Source: Scyliorhinus canicula
Taxonomy: Eukaryota
DNA: 64,000 nt
Assembly (NCBI RefSeq): GCF_902713615.1
Contig: NC_052163.1
Coordinates: 84,493,721 to 84,557,720 of the forward strand
Direction of reading: 5' to 3'
Numbering within the stretch: position 1 is the stretch's first letter; every line of letters starts with the position of its first letter. Position numbers and translations under genes: made by a program. Of the stretch, positions 11,261 to 21,124 are shown piece after piece. The notes under the pieces were generated by a model, which saw nothing but the letters and a program-made list of their open reading frames with translations, was not told where the DNA came from and made no database searches.

Positions 11261-12769
11261 GTGATTGTCATTTTTTTTTAAATCAGGGAACGGCATCATG
11301 GGATATGAATTAAAGGCAGGTAAAGAAACTTGTGGTCCAGATCACCTCAGATCAAATAGAACGATAGAAAAGGCTTGAGGGGCTGAATATATCTGCCCAA
11401 TCTTCTAATCAGTCCATATCCTCCCGAAGTTACACACAGGTCTCTTCATAGTTAATGACTAATTAATGTTGAGATAATGTTCCCATGCTCAATCCAGGTC
11501 ATTGATATTTACAGAAAGTAATGGAGCCAACGCTGGTCTCTATGGGACACCAGTATCCATCTCCCTCCAAGCAAATGAACACCCATGAGCCAAGGGATTG
11601 CTGTCCTTTCAATATTGTCACAGTCGCACGAATTTTATGAGCAAGTTTCTTTATAGTACTCCTTTTTGAAACCCCAGATAGGATCTTTTCTGCATTTCCA
11701 TCACCAAACGACTTTCTCCTTCAAGCGTTGGTTCAAATTTGCCAGACAAATCTTGGCTTTAATGATACCATGTTGGCCCCCATTATTGAGCTCAAGGATG
11801 CGATCGAACAGTCCTGCATGGATCCGTGTGAGCCAGTTAGATCGTAGGAGAGGCTGAAATCGGGATCCACCCCGGGTACTGATTGGATTCCGATCGAACC
11901 GCCCCCCCCCCCCCCCCCCCCCGTTTGCAAGTTCTGAATCCCGCCTAGACATGGCGAGAAACCAATAATCACCAACCAAGGCTATTTATCTTTAAGGAGA
12001 CGGACCTTCTATCTAACGGCCTCCCATGGCCTAACTGACTCCCCAGCGAGCGATCACGCGGGCATCCTTCAACACATCTACTTAAAAACGAGAAGCTAAC
12101 GCAGTAGATGGACCAGAGAGGGTGAGTAGCCATCTTCAAAATCAGGCATGCAGCCCTGGAACTCTGGACCTATTGCTCTGGTGTCCAGGGGTGGGAGGGA
12201 TGGGGAGGGTGGTGCAGTACCAACCTTGAGGCGAGTGTCAGGTGGGACTGGTGTTATGGGATGCTGGCACCTCACCTGTGCAGCCCAGTGGAGGTCATTG
12301 AACTTTTTCCAACACTGGATTGAGAGCCTACTTGTAACACTCCTGGAGCTGATGGCTGCTGCCACTGCCTCCCAGGTGGCACCAGCTGATCTGTGGTTGA
12401 TCCTCTAATCCCCTGGAGGAACAGGATGTTCTGTCTCAAATCCATCATGACCAACAGTCTGACTAGGTGGACATCTCCGAATCATGGAGCGGATTTGCGC
12501 GGTAGTATGGCTGTGTGCCGTCTGGGCTTTGTTCAGAGGGAGCACTTTGTTCGTGGGGAGCTGCCAAGTGCGATCCAGGTGAATTAGCTGGCGGGACAGG
12601 CATTTCTACCGGCCCTAATTGACATTAGTAACAGGTCACGGTCTTGCCGGGTCGGCTGTCAGGAAGCACCCGGTAACTCTCATGTGCTTCCATTAGATTG
12701 CGCCCTAAATCTCTATGAAAGTATTAATTGTCCTCTACTGTGGCCTCTGGAAACATACCATTACGGTTC

Positions 12770-12915
12770 TTTTTTTAAATTAAATTTAGAATGCCCAATT
12801 CTTTTTTTTCCCCATTTAAGGGGCAATTTAGAATGGCCAATTCACCTACTCTGCACATCTTTTTGGGTTGTGGGGTGAGACCCACGCAGACACGGGGAGA
12901 GTGTGCAAACTCCAC
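12770..12915 (-). mobile_element. Short-tail tRNA-derived SINE fragment
   Basis: Reverse complement of the SINE body (gtggagtttgcac...cccacaacccaaaaagatgtgcag...ctaaattgcccct). Confidence 0.75.
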
Positions 12916-12925
12916 TGCTGAGCTG

Positions 12926-13297
12926 GTAACAAAAGGGAATACATTTAAGATCATCACCGGCAGAATGAAAGGCAATGGATAATGTATGGGTATTATGTGG
13001 ACAACATTTAGGACATGAGTGCCTCACTAGACTAGAAACAATCGCAAAATAATGCAACAAGATTTTAAAGGGAAATGGAACAAATACTTCCAAAATAAAT
13101 CATTATAAGGACAGTTAAAAATTTAGAGCCCAATTTGGGTCTTTCAAACCAATGCAATGGGGCTGGACAGCTCTGTTCTGTGCTATGACGTTCTTGGATT
13201 CTGTGCATGGTGATGGGGGGGGGGGGGGGTGTATTGTATGGTTTATTGTCTAGAAATACACTCCAATTGACTGTCCCCCAGCACACTTCATTTTTTA
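12926..13297 (+). repeat. ~365-bp segment with an inverted copy at 40704-41067
   Basis: Aligns by eye over its full length (roughly 85%) with the reverse complement of 40704-41067. Confidence 0.85.
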
Positions 13298-13299
13298 AT

Positions 13300-13420
13300 T
13301 TTTCAAACATTTTTCCATTGAAGAGGCAATTTTGCGCAGCCAATCCACTTACCCCGCATATATTTGGGTTGTGGGGGTCAGACCCACGCAGACACAGAGA
13401 GAATGTGTAAACTCCACACT
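13300..13420 (-). mobile_element. Short-tail SINE fragment
   Basis: Reverse complement of the SINE body and A-rich tail. Confidence 0.7.
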
Positions 13421-13686
13421 GCCGCCCACCATTATGATTATTAATGAGGCAGTCCATAGTTGCCTGGTTTACCTCGTTATTTTTTGTATCAGTGGCAACC
13501 CTGAAGAAACCCAACCCAACATTCACACCCAATGATCATTAGAAGATTGTGATCTATTCCCCGATTTCCCACATCATTGTATACATGGAAACCTTGTTCT
13601 CCACACATCTGGACCATTTGTTGGGGTTGGGGATGGGAAGGAGCAAACAAACTGACAGACACAAATATTTTCTGCACAGGATTCTC

Positions 13687-13692
13687 TTTATT
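13687..13692 (-). promoter_or_regulatory. Probable poly(A) signal of IgL cluster 1
   Basis: AATAAA on the minus strand ~355 nt after the C1 stop; same context (gattctctttatt) kept at 46103 in cluster 2. Confidence 0.7.
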
Positions 13693-14044
13693 AGAAGACA
13701 TGCTCAGTGGCAATCATTATCAGTTAGATGCGGTTGACATAATAAACTGCCTCCAATAATTCAGCTCTATTGCTGAGCAAGCCACCCAACTGAACTGAAA
13801 TTCCAGATTGGAGCTATGTAACTGGTCACTTTTACCCTGGTGTAGCCTCTTGTAATGGGAAACACTGAGGAAAATATGCCTTAGGTACAAACAAGTCAAC
13901 AGATACAGCAGAGTCACACAAAGCAAAACAGAAACACAAAATCCACCAGGTACCAAAGGTGGAGGCAGATAGTTATGTTGGAGAGTGGGACAAATCAACA
14001 TTCTTTCTCTAATCAGGCATCATATGGTTAAATCTTCCATCTAT

Positions 14045-14367
14045 TTAACAGCCGGATTGAGAGGCGGTTGCGGTTGTTTTTGAAGCTGCTCCTTGTTGAA
14101 CTGTACAGGAGTACACCTTCCCACTGCTCCAATCTGTGCCAGGGACTGTCAGGTAGCTGCTGAGACTGAAGCTGTTGTCCGAGTTCCGCGATGCCACGCT
14201 GGTTTGTACATCACTGCTCGTCGGGCTCCCATCGACTGTCCAGCTGACCGCAGCAAAGCCCATGGACAGTTTGCTGACCAGGCAAACTAACGTGCCGGCT
14301 CCTTTAGTGGATATCTCATCGGCTGAAGGCCCGAGCAGTTTCACTGAAGGATCAGGGAGTTGCCGAG
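14045..14367 (-). CDS. Immunoglobulin light-chain constant exon C1 (sigma-type)
   Basis: ttgcag acceptor, phase 1. ARQLPDPSVKLLGPS...GTLVCLVSKLSMGFAAVSWTVDG...FSLSSYL...YSCTV...SGC-stop is a C1-set domain with both Cys, the Trp and the terminal Cys. LSMGFA is sigma-like. Confidence 0.95.
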
Positions 14368-14610
14368 CTGCAATCAGAAACAGAGAAAACATGTTTGTAT
14401 AAAGTCACAGAAAAACCTAGGATAATTTCAGAGTTTAATAGAAGCAGTTTTGAAAAGTTGTAGCTTTCCATAGAGGGCCCCAGAAGGTTATTAACCTGTG
14501 AGTATTATCTGGGTTCACATTTTGTCAAACAGAAAGTGCTAATTTTGATGTAAAAGTTGTTGTTTTAGGATCCTCCTGCTGACTCTGTGGATTAGAGCAC
14601 CACTCACTGT

Positions 14611-14935
14611 GGGCAGCACGGTAGCACAGTGGTTAGCACAGTTGCTTCTCGGCTCCAGGGTCCCAGGTTCGATTCCCAGCTTGGGTCACTGTCTGTGCGG
14701 AGTCTGCACGTTCTCCCTATGTCTGCGTGGGTTTCCTCCCGGTGCTCCGGTTTCCTCCCACAGTCCAAAGATGTGCAGGGTTAGGTGGATTGGCCATGCT
14801 AAATTTCCCTTAGCTAAAGTGGGGTTACTGGTTTACGGGGATAGGGTGGAGGTGTGGGCTTAAGTGGTGTGTTCTTTCGAAGAGCTGGTGCAGACTTGAT
14901 GGGCCGAATGGCCTCCTTCTGTACTGTAAATTCTA
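14611..14935 (+). mobile_element. Full-length HE1-like tRNA-derived SINE
   Basis: gggcagcacggtagcacagtggttagc A box, ggttcgattcc B box, tail gggccgaatggcctccttctgtactgtaaattcta. Confidence 0.88.
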
Positions 14936-16067
14936 AAATTCACCTCGATCTCAGTATCCCTGATTAGGGAGAGAACAGATTCCAGATCCCACTTCTTACT
15001 ATAGTTTAGTGAGGGCAAATGGGGGTCAGAGGGTGGCCCTCATGAGAGAAGGTGGTAAGGGGGAACGGAGACAAGGGCAGGGTGCAACTATTAGCAGACC
15101 CCCCTCCGTCCCATTACCAAGTCCCTAAATCCAGGGTTTGCTTTTTGGAATTCCTGCATGACAACTGCCCTGCCCACCATTGGTCCAGTACGAGCAGCAG
15201 ATGAAAACCCCGAGTGTGTATAAAATGCTCATTTCAGGGCTCCAATTGGCGACAGGCGGCAGGAAGATCAATGAGCCTTTCCACCCAGGTCTTAACCAGG
15301 GTAGAGAAGGGGAGCTGGCAGTGCTCACCCAGCACCTACCCAATTATATGGCCCCCAACTACAAATTCAGGAAAGGTATTAAATATCATCGCATAGTCAG
15401 TATAAACTTTTACCATAACTGCAATATACCCACACCCTGTCTTACCAGTTACACATTCCTCTTTTCCCCTTCACCATTTCCCATATCTATAATCCCCCTG
15501 CCATAGGACGGATAAAAATATCTCAAACCTCCCTCCAGCACCAAAGCTCTACAGACCAGTGACTGATAGGTTGGTGAATCATCTGTCATGATGTTCCAAA
15601 TGACACATACATTAGACCTGCATTGGGAGAGGTGACTAAAAAAATTAATTTTTTATTGTTGATACCCAGTGACCATTTTGTCTGCTCTCATCCTGCTCAC
15701 TCGAAGGGTGAGAAATTCTGGGTGTGAAGTGAGGATAGGACATGACTATTAACAATTGACTGACTCACCGTCACGCACTGTCTTGGTTAATCAGGGAGGA
15801 GTAATCAATTGGAAGTGATAAGGGAGCTCACAATTCCCATGGACTTGTGTCAGGAAGATTAGACATGATTCTCAATATCCAAGTGCACAAAGTTAAGAAT
15901 AGAAGATGGCAAAGTGTTTTCTGAAAGAAAGAAAGACTATCAAGTGCTGAATGACACAAGGTGGTGTACATAATGCAGCAACATGAAACCATAGGCTCAG
16001 TGTCGTCACGACAACCCAGAACAGTTCACAGTGAGCAAATGGTGAGGGGCTTAGATTCAAGATGTGA

Positions 16068-16335
16068 ACACCAGGGACCCAGGTTCCATTCCCGGCTTGG
16101 GTCACTGGCTGTGTGGAGTCTGCACGTTCTCCCTGTGTCTGCGTGGGTTTTCTCTGGGTGTTCCGGTTTCCTCCCACAAGTCCCAAAAGACCTGCTTGTT
16201 AGGTGAATTGGACGTTCTGAATTCTCCCTCTGTGTACTCGAACAGGCACCGGAATGTGGCAACTAGGGGCTTTTCACAGTAACTTCATTGCAGTGTTAAT
16301 GTAAGGCTACTTGTGACATTAATAAAAAAAAATTA
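16068..16335 (+). mobile_element. SINE with HE1-like body and an alternative tail
   Basis: Body as at 14611; tail gaacaggcaccggaatgtggcaactaggggcttttcacagtaacttcattg is shared with the SINEs at 37596 and 59128. Confidence 0.8.
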
Positions 16336-17931
16336 TGTGCCACCACTAGAATCACAGTAACAAGACTCAAAAGAGCCACAATGAGGTCAGTGGATGGCAA
16401 CGAAGGGAAGAGGAAGGGAGAGGAATGGGAGAATGGTGCCCCTTTGGATGGGAGCTAGAAGGAAAGTTGCAGCAGGAGGCTGTGAAGGGGAGAGAGGGTG
16501 ACAGAGTGGGTGGAGTTTAATGGGATGCAATGCTTTGAGATGGACAGTTGGATGTGATGGTGCCAGAAGGGGTCAAAGGCCTCTCAATTGGGGCAGGAAA
16601 TTAAGATTGACTGCGGGTGAGAGTAACCATAGGGAAGTGATGGTCTGTTTGAACTCCAAATGTCATTTTGTCTTTCTCGGTTTTGAAAAATAAAATCAAT
16701 TGCTTAGTTTGAAAGTGTTTGGAATTAACCAGAGCACAACCATTTTATAAATATTCAAAATGGGGTTGGGGGGGGGGGGGGGGGGGGGGGGTGGGGGGGT
16801 GCTGTGAAATACCTACACCTGATGAAATTCACTGGTTCAAGAAGGGGCAATTAGGGATGGGCAACAAATACTGGCCTGGTCTGGGACATTGAGAATGCCC
16901 ACTTTAAAATTGCTGTCCCATGGGTGGCTGTTCCTTCACTTCCCAAGATCCTAAACTCTGCAATTCTCTCCCTAATTCTCCCTTTCTCACTTTCCTCCTT
17001 TCAGACTTTCCTCAAAACTGCTCCAAACTAAGCTTTGACCATATGATACAAAATCTCCTAATGGGACATTGTGTCATAGTTTGCCTTACTATGCTCCTGT
17101 GAAATGCCTTAGTGTGTTTTATTACAGCAGAGCCAGTGCATAAAAAAGATGTTGGGTAGCAGAACCATTGGTTAAGGAGAAGGGAAAACAGAAACACGTA
17201 AAAACTGGAACAAAAACAGAAATGCTGGTAAAACTCAGCTGGTCTGGCAGCGTCTGTGAAGAGGTGAACAGAGTTAATGCTTTGAGTTGGATGTGACTTA
17301 TTTTGGTCAGGAGAAACTGGTAGATTAGCATGGAGTCCTGAGACGGAGTGGGGTAGCAAGACGTGTGGTTGGGGTGGCTGTGAGAGGCAGTGGGTTTGTG
17401 GTGGATAAAGGTCGATCACTGATATTGAAAAATGGAGACAGAGAAATTAAGTGTGGATGAGTGAACTATGGACGAGGAAAAGGGGGGAAATTGAAAGCAA
17501 AGTTGATCAAATTTTCTCGTTCATTAGTGGAGTGGGAAGGAGCACATAGACAGTCATGCTGGAAAAACAAGTGAGGGATTGGCGTGAACTACAGAAATAT
17601 GGAATCTGGAAGTGCGTCAAGATCAACACTTCGGTGGAATATTAAGAGATAATGGTAGCAGCCTTATTTATCCCTGAAAAGTGTTCAGATTGATGCGATA
17701 GACCCCATTGCCCCAGTGTCCTGGTCAATAAGCCTTAAAACAATACTAACAAAATATACTTTTGACTGATAATTGGTTGCTGCATTTAGTTGCATATCAA
17801 TGAGTCCTTTAAAAATAATGCGGTAGACTTCAGGACATTAAAGTTGTTACACAAATGCAATATTTTACTTTTAAATATAAATCATTCCAGTGCACACAAA
17901 AGTGAAAATATTTCAGAATTGTGAAATTACC

Positions 17932-18264
17932 GGCCTCACGGTAGCATGGTGGTTAGCATCAATGCTTCACAGCTCCAGGGTCCCAGGTTCGATTCCCGGC
18001 TGGGTCACTGTCTGTGTGGAGTCTGCACGTCCTCCCCGTGTGTGCGTGGGTTTCCTCCGGGTGCTCCGGTTTCCTCCCACAGTCCAAAGATGTGCGGGTT
18101 AGGTGGATTGGCCATGCTAAATTGCCCGTAGTGTAAGGTTAATGGGGGGATTGTTGGGTTACGGGTATACGGGTTACGTGGGTTTAAGTGGGGTGATCAT
18201 TGCTCGGCACAACATCGAGGGCCGAAGGGCCTGTTCTGTGCTGTACTGTTCTATCTATCTATCT
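17932..18264 (+). mobile_element. Full-length SINE carrying the CR1 3' tail
   Basis: A and B boxes; ends gcacaacatcgagggccgaagggcctgttctgtgctgtactgttctat, matching the LINE tail at ~2770-2826. Confidence 0.9.
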
Positions 18265-18702
18265 AAAATAGGACAACACTGGCGGAGAATTAGAATGTAT
18301 CCCTTTCTCCAGGATCGCCCTTCACTAAGGTTTCAGAAAATATGCACCGGATATAGATCAAACATCGATCTGCACCAACTGTTTGAAAAAGTCAATCAAT
18401 TTTCATAGGAAATTTTGGAAAGGTACTGTAAAATTAGTTCTTATTAACTAAAACCGTGGTAATATGTAGAAACGCCAGTGTCAGAAACAGCACAAACTGA
18501 GACATCCAGGACCGATATCAAGAAACGGTGATAATGAAATGAACGGTTTCATCGAGATTAAACATGTAATCAGCAATTTCACTGTAAAATTAAATTTAAC
18601 CAGTAGGTGCGAAGAAATTACTGAGTTTGAATTATTAATTAATTTCTAAATGTTCAAATTGATTAAGCTAGTTTCTTCAGGAGGGATTTCCTAGTCACTT
18701 AC

Positions 18703-18739
18703 CTGCGACAAAGAGTTTGGTCCCTTGGCCAAACACCCA
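18703..18739 (-). CDS. IgL joining segment J1 (WVFGQGTKLFVA)
   Basis: FGxG motif, 37 nt, phase-1 donor G|GTAAG, flanked by an RSS. Confidence 0.95.
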
Positions 18740-18778
18740 CACAGTGTGATGTTCTAGGGTTCAGTCCATACAGTTACC
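18740..18778 (+). other. J1 recombination signal, 23-bp spacer
   Basis: Heptamer CACAGTG 18740-18746, 23-nt spacer, nonamer ACAGTTACC 18770-18778 (6/9 to consensus). Confidence 0.85.
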
Positions 18779-19089
18779 CCGGATCCTGGAATCAGACTGA
18801 AAACAAGCTCAGATTCTCCACTCCATCATTATTCAGGCTTCCTGGATTCCCAGGGTTCCTGCTGGTGAGGAACAATAAGGAATAAACTCCCAGCAACATC
18901 CACACACTGACAGTAAAATATCATCAACACCCAATACTGGGCAGAGATTCAGAATGTTATCAAAAATCAAATGATAATAATTGGAAAATATTGTTTTAAG
19001 GACACAATTAAAGTGATTTTATGTCATGTAAAATATTAGAATGTTCTAACGGTTACAAAAATATTGATCGTATATAATTTGCAGTTCCC

Positions 19090-19117
19090 ACTTTTTGTTT
19101 TACCTTCTGTCACTGTG
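19090..19117 (-). other. V1 recombination signal, 12-bp spacer
   Basis: CACAGTG + ACAGAAGGTAAA (12 nt) + ACAAAAAGT. Confidence 0.93.
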
Positions 19118-19444
19118 ACACATAAGTACTGCTCGAGGAAACCCACGTTCCACAGTAATAGACGGCGGCATCATTCACCTCCACATTCTTTATGATTAAC
19201 TGGTAAATACTGTGGTCACTGTTGACACTGGATGCAAATCGGTTGCTGCTAAACCCAGTGCCATAGCCAGGGTTATCCCAAGTGTAGTACAAGCTGAGAA
19301 CCCATTGAGGAGCTGCACCTGGTGTCTGTTTGTACCAGCCCACAGTATTACTATCACGGATTCCAGTGTTGCAGACCAGTGTGGCCGTGTTTCCCGGTGT
19401 CACAGTCAGGTCTGGTGGCTGAGTCAGAGTCTGAGACTGTCCAT
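19118..19444 (-). CDS. IgL variable exon V1 (sigma-type), unrearranged and open
   Basis: tttacag acceptor. QTLTQPP...C...WYKQTPG...long CDR2 (SLYYTWDNPGYGTGFS)...DAAVYYC. The long CDR2 followed by YG.GFS is typical of sigma V regions. Confidence 0.95.
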
Positions 19445-19545
19445 CTGTAAAAGAGCAGAGATTAAACATTAGAAACTGACTGTTTAAAAGTGATTCCAAG
19501 ACCTCCGCTGCTGCGGGAGGAGCAGAGTTCAGTGTTTGTACTTAC

Positions 19546-19594
19546 AGCCCAGCCACAGCGCCAGAGAGCAGAAAAAACACAACATCCGCATCAT
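19546..19594 (-). CDS. V1 leader exon (MMRMLCFFCSLALWLG)
   Basis: 49 nt, hydrophobic, phase-1 donor T|GTAAG; splices in frame to 19444. Confidence 0.9.
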
Positions 19595-19672
19595 TGCTGC
19601 CAGTGAGCTTGCTGCCTCCTTCAGTGAGTGTATCTGTACCAGACTGTGGCAGCAGCTGCCCATTGAACCCAG

Positions 19673-19790
19673 TTATAGAGCCATTCAGACCAGGAAGGAA
19701 CCCCATGCAAATTAGAGAATTCACACTCACCAATCAGAGCAAGAGTCTGAAACCCCTCCCAATCAGAGTCAGAGATTCAGATTGATGGCA
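19673..19790 (-). promoter_or_regulatory. V1 promoter: TATA-like box, octamer ATTTGCAT (19705-19712), CCAAT-like motifs
   Basis: Octamer in light-chain orientation ~110 nt upstream of the ATG; ctataa at ~19673-19678; conserved in cluster 2. Confidence 0.85.
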
Positions 19791-20181
19791 TGACACCTCA
19801 GTCCAGTTAGAGACTGAATTGCATTTTAAACAAAGTACTTTCTTGTCTGACATTTCTCATTTTCCTTTTAAGTGTGCCTGCTTCTTCTGTTCAAGGCTGG
19901 AGTTTAAACTGCTATCACAATCAAAATCAAGAACCCTTTGCTCTATCGCATTCTGTAACAACATTCTCAGCTTCTCAGTCTCATTAATAGCTACCTTCTC
20001 AACTGGATTTCTGTGACACGTTTCTATATACAGCACAGAAACAACGCCGGTTACAGTAGCTTCTTACCACAGAAGGCACGTGAAACATTCTCCACACAAA
20101 CTCCTCACCAAAAGACTTTTTGACTTACTGTATGACACCTACACTAAAGTGTTGATGAACTTTATGAGTTAGTGTTTAGAG

Positions 20182-20560
20182 CAGGCGTGGGCAAACTACG
20201 GACCGCGGGCCGCATGCGGCCCGCCAAAGGTCTTTATGCGGCCCACCAAGTCATTAAAAAAAAAAAATTTTCAAAAAATCTTTTTTTTAAATTTTTAATT
20301 ATTTTTTTAAGGTTAATGGGGGGGCTGTTGGGTTACTTACTGGTATAGGGTGGATACGTTGACTTGAGTAGGGTGGTCATTGCTCGGCACAACATCGAGG
20401 GCCGAAGGGCCTGTTCTGTGCTGTACTGTTCTATGTTCTATATGAGGCGCCCAGAATCATAACCGGGTGAAGTAATTATTTTACTTAATATACTATGCGG
20501 CCCTTTAAAATTGTGAATTTCTGAATGTGGCCCTTGCACGGAAACGTTTGCCCACCCCTG
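20182..20560. mobile_element. Non-autonomous hAT (Charlie-like) transposon containing a SINE/LINE tail fragment
   Basis: TIRs caggcgtgggcaaac / gtttgcccacccctg; 8-bp TSD gtttagag/gtttagac; empty paralogous site near 57411. Confidence 0.85.
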
Positions 20561-20639
20561 GTTTAGACAATCTTGCTGTGTGTACATATTGCTTCCAGTG
20601 AATGAATATGGTCAAGAGGAAAGCGTTATGATGAACGGT

Positions 20640-20989
20640 TACAACATAAAACGGTAACTTTGTTTCTCTCTCCCTCGATGCTGCCAGACCTGCTGAATAT
20701 TTCCAGCATTTTCTGTTTTTATTTCAGTTTTCCATCTTCTATCTTCCAGTTTGCTTTTGGTATAATTAGTCACCAATGTACTAACTTTATAGCCATGATG
20801 TGGAGATGCCGGCGTTGGACTGGGGTGAGCACAGTAAGAAGTCTTACACACCAGGTTAAAGTCCAACAGGTTTGTTTCAAACACGAGCTTTCGGAGCGCA
20901 GCCTGACCTGAGGAAGGAGCTGCGCTCCAAAAGCTCGTGTTTGAAACAAACCTGTTGGACTTTAACCTGGTGTTGTAAGACTTCTTACT
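20640..20989. mobile_element. Penelope-like remnant with a 70-bp inverted repeat and a hammerhead motif
   Basis: Arms 20833-20902 and 20919-20989; CTGAGGA-A-GGAGC-tgc-GCTCC-(g>a)AAA-GCTC core at 20908-20936. Confidence 0.65.
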
Positions 20990-21124
20990 AACTTTGTAGC
21001 GACTATCATATTTAGCTATCAGTCAGCAGTTAAATATATTCGACAAACTTTAAACTGAAAAATAAATCCTATATCTGAGTATCTGCTACAATCTAGAGCA
21101 GAGCTCTTAGAAAACAGTGGCAGG

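Noticed and set aside
14611-14690. tRNA-like A/B boxes as tRNA genes
   Set aside because: They are SINE heads followed by SINE bodies and tails, several with TSDs.
16763-16800. Long G runs (also ~11907, 13215, 27031, 38646, 59561) as G-quadruplex or switch-like elements
   Set aside because: Homopolymers mostly inside or beside repeats, error-prone in sequencing, and not conserved between clusters.
18740-19117. Germline-joined VJ or a D segment
   Set aside because: V and J are separated by ~380 bp with facing 12/23 RSSs, and no further RSS-flanked segment was seen.
19232-19239. ATGCAAAT octamer inside the V1 exon
   Set aside because: By-product of the codons for R-F-A-S; absent from V2.
19542-19785. 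Short ORFs over the promoters, repeated at 56807-57068
   Set aside because: Off-frame or antisense readings of the duplicated leader and promoter; the real leader is the 49-nt exon.
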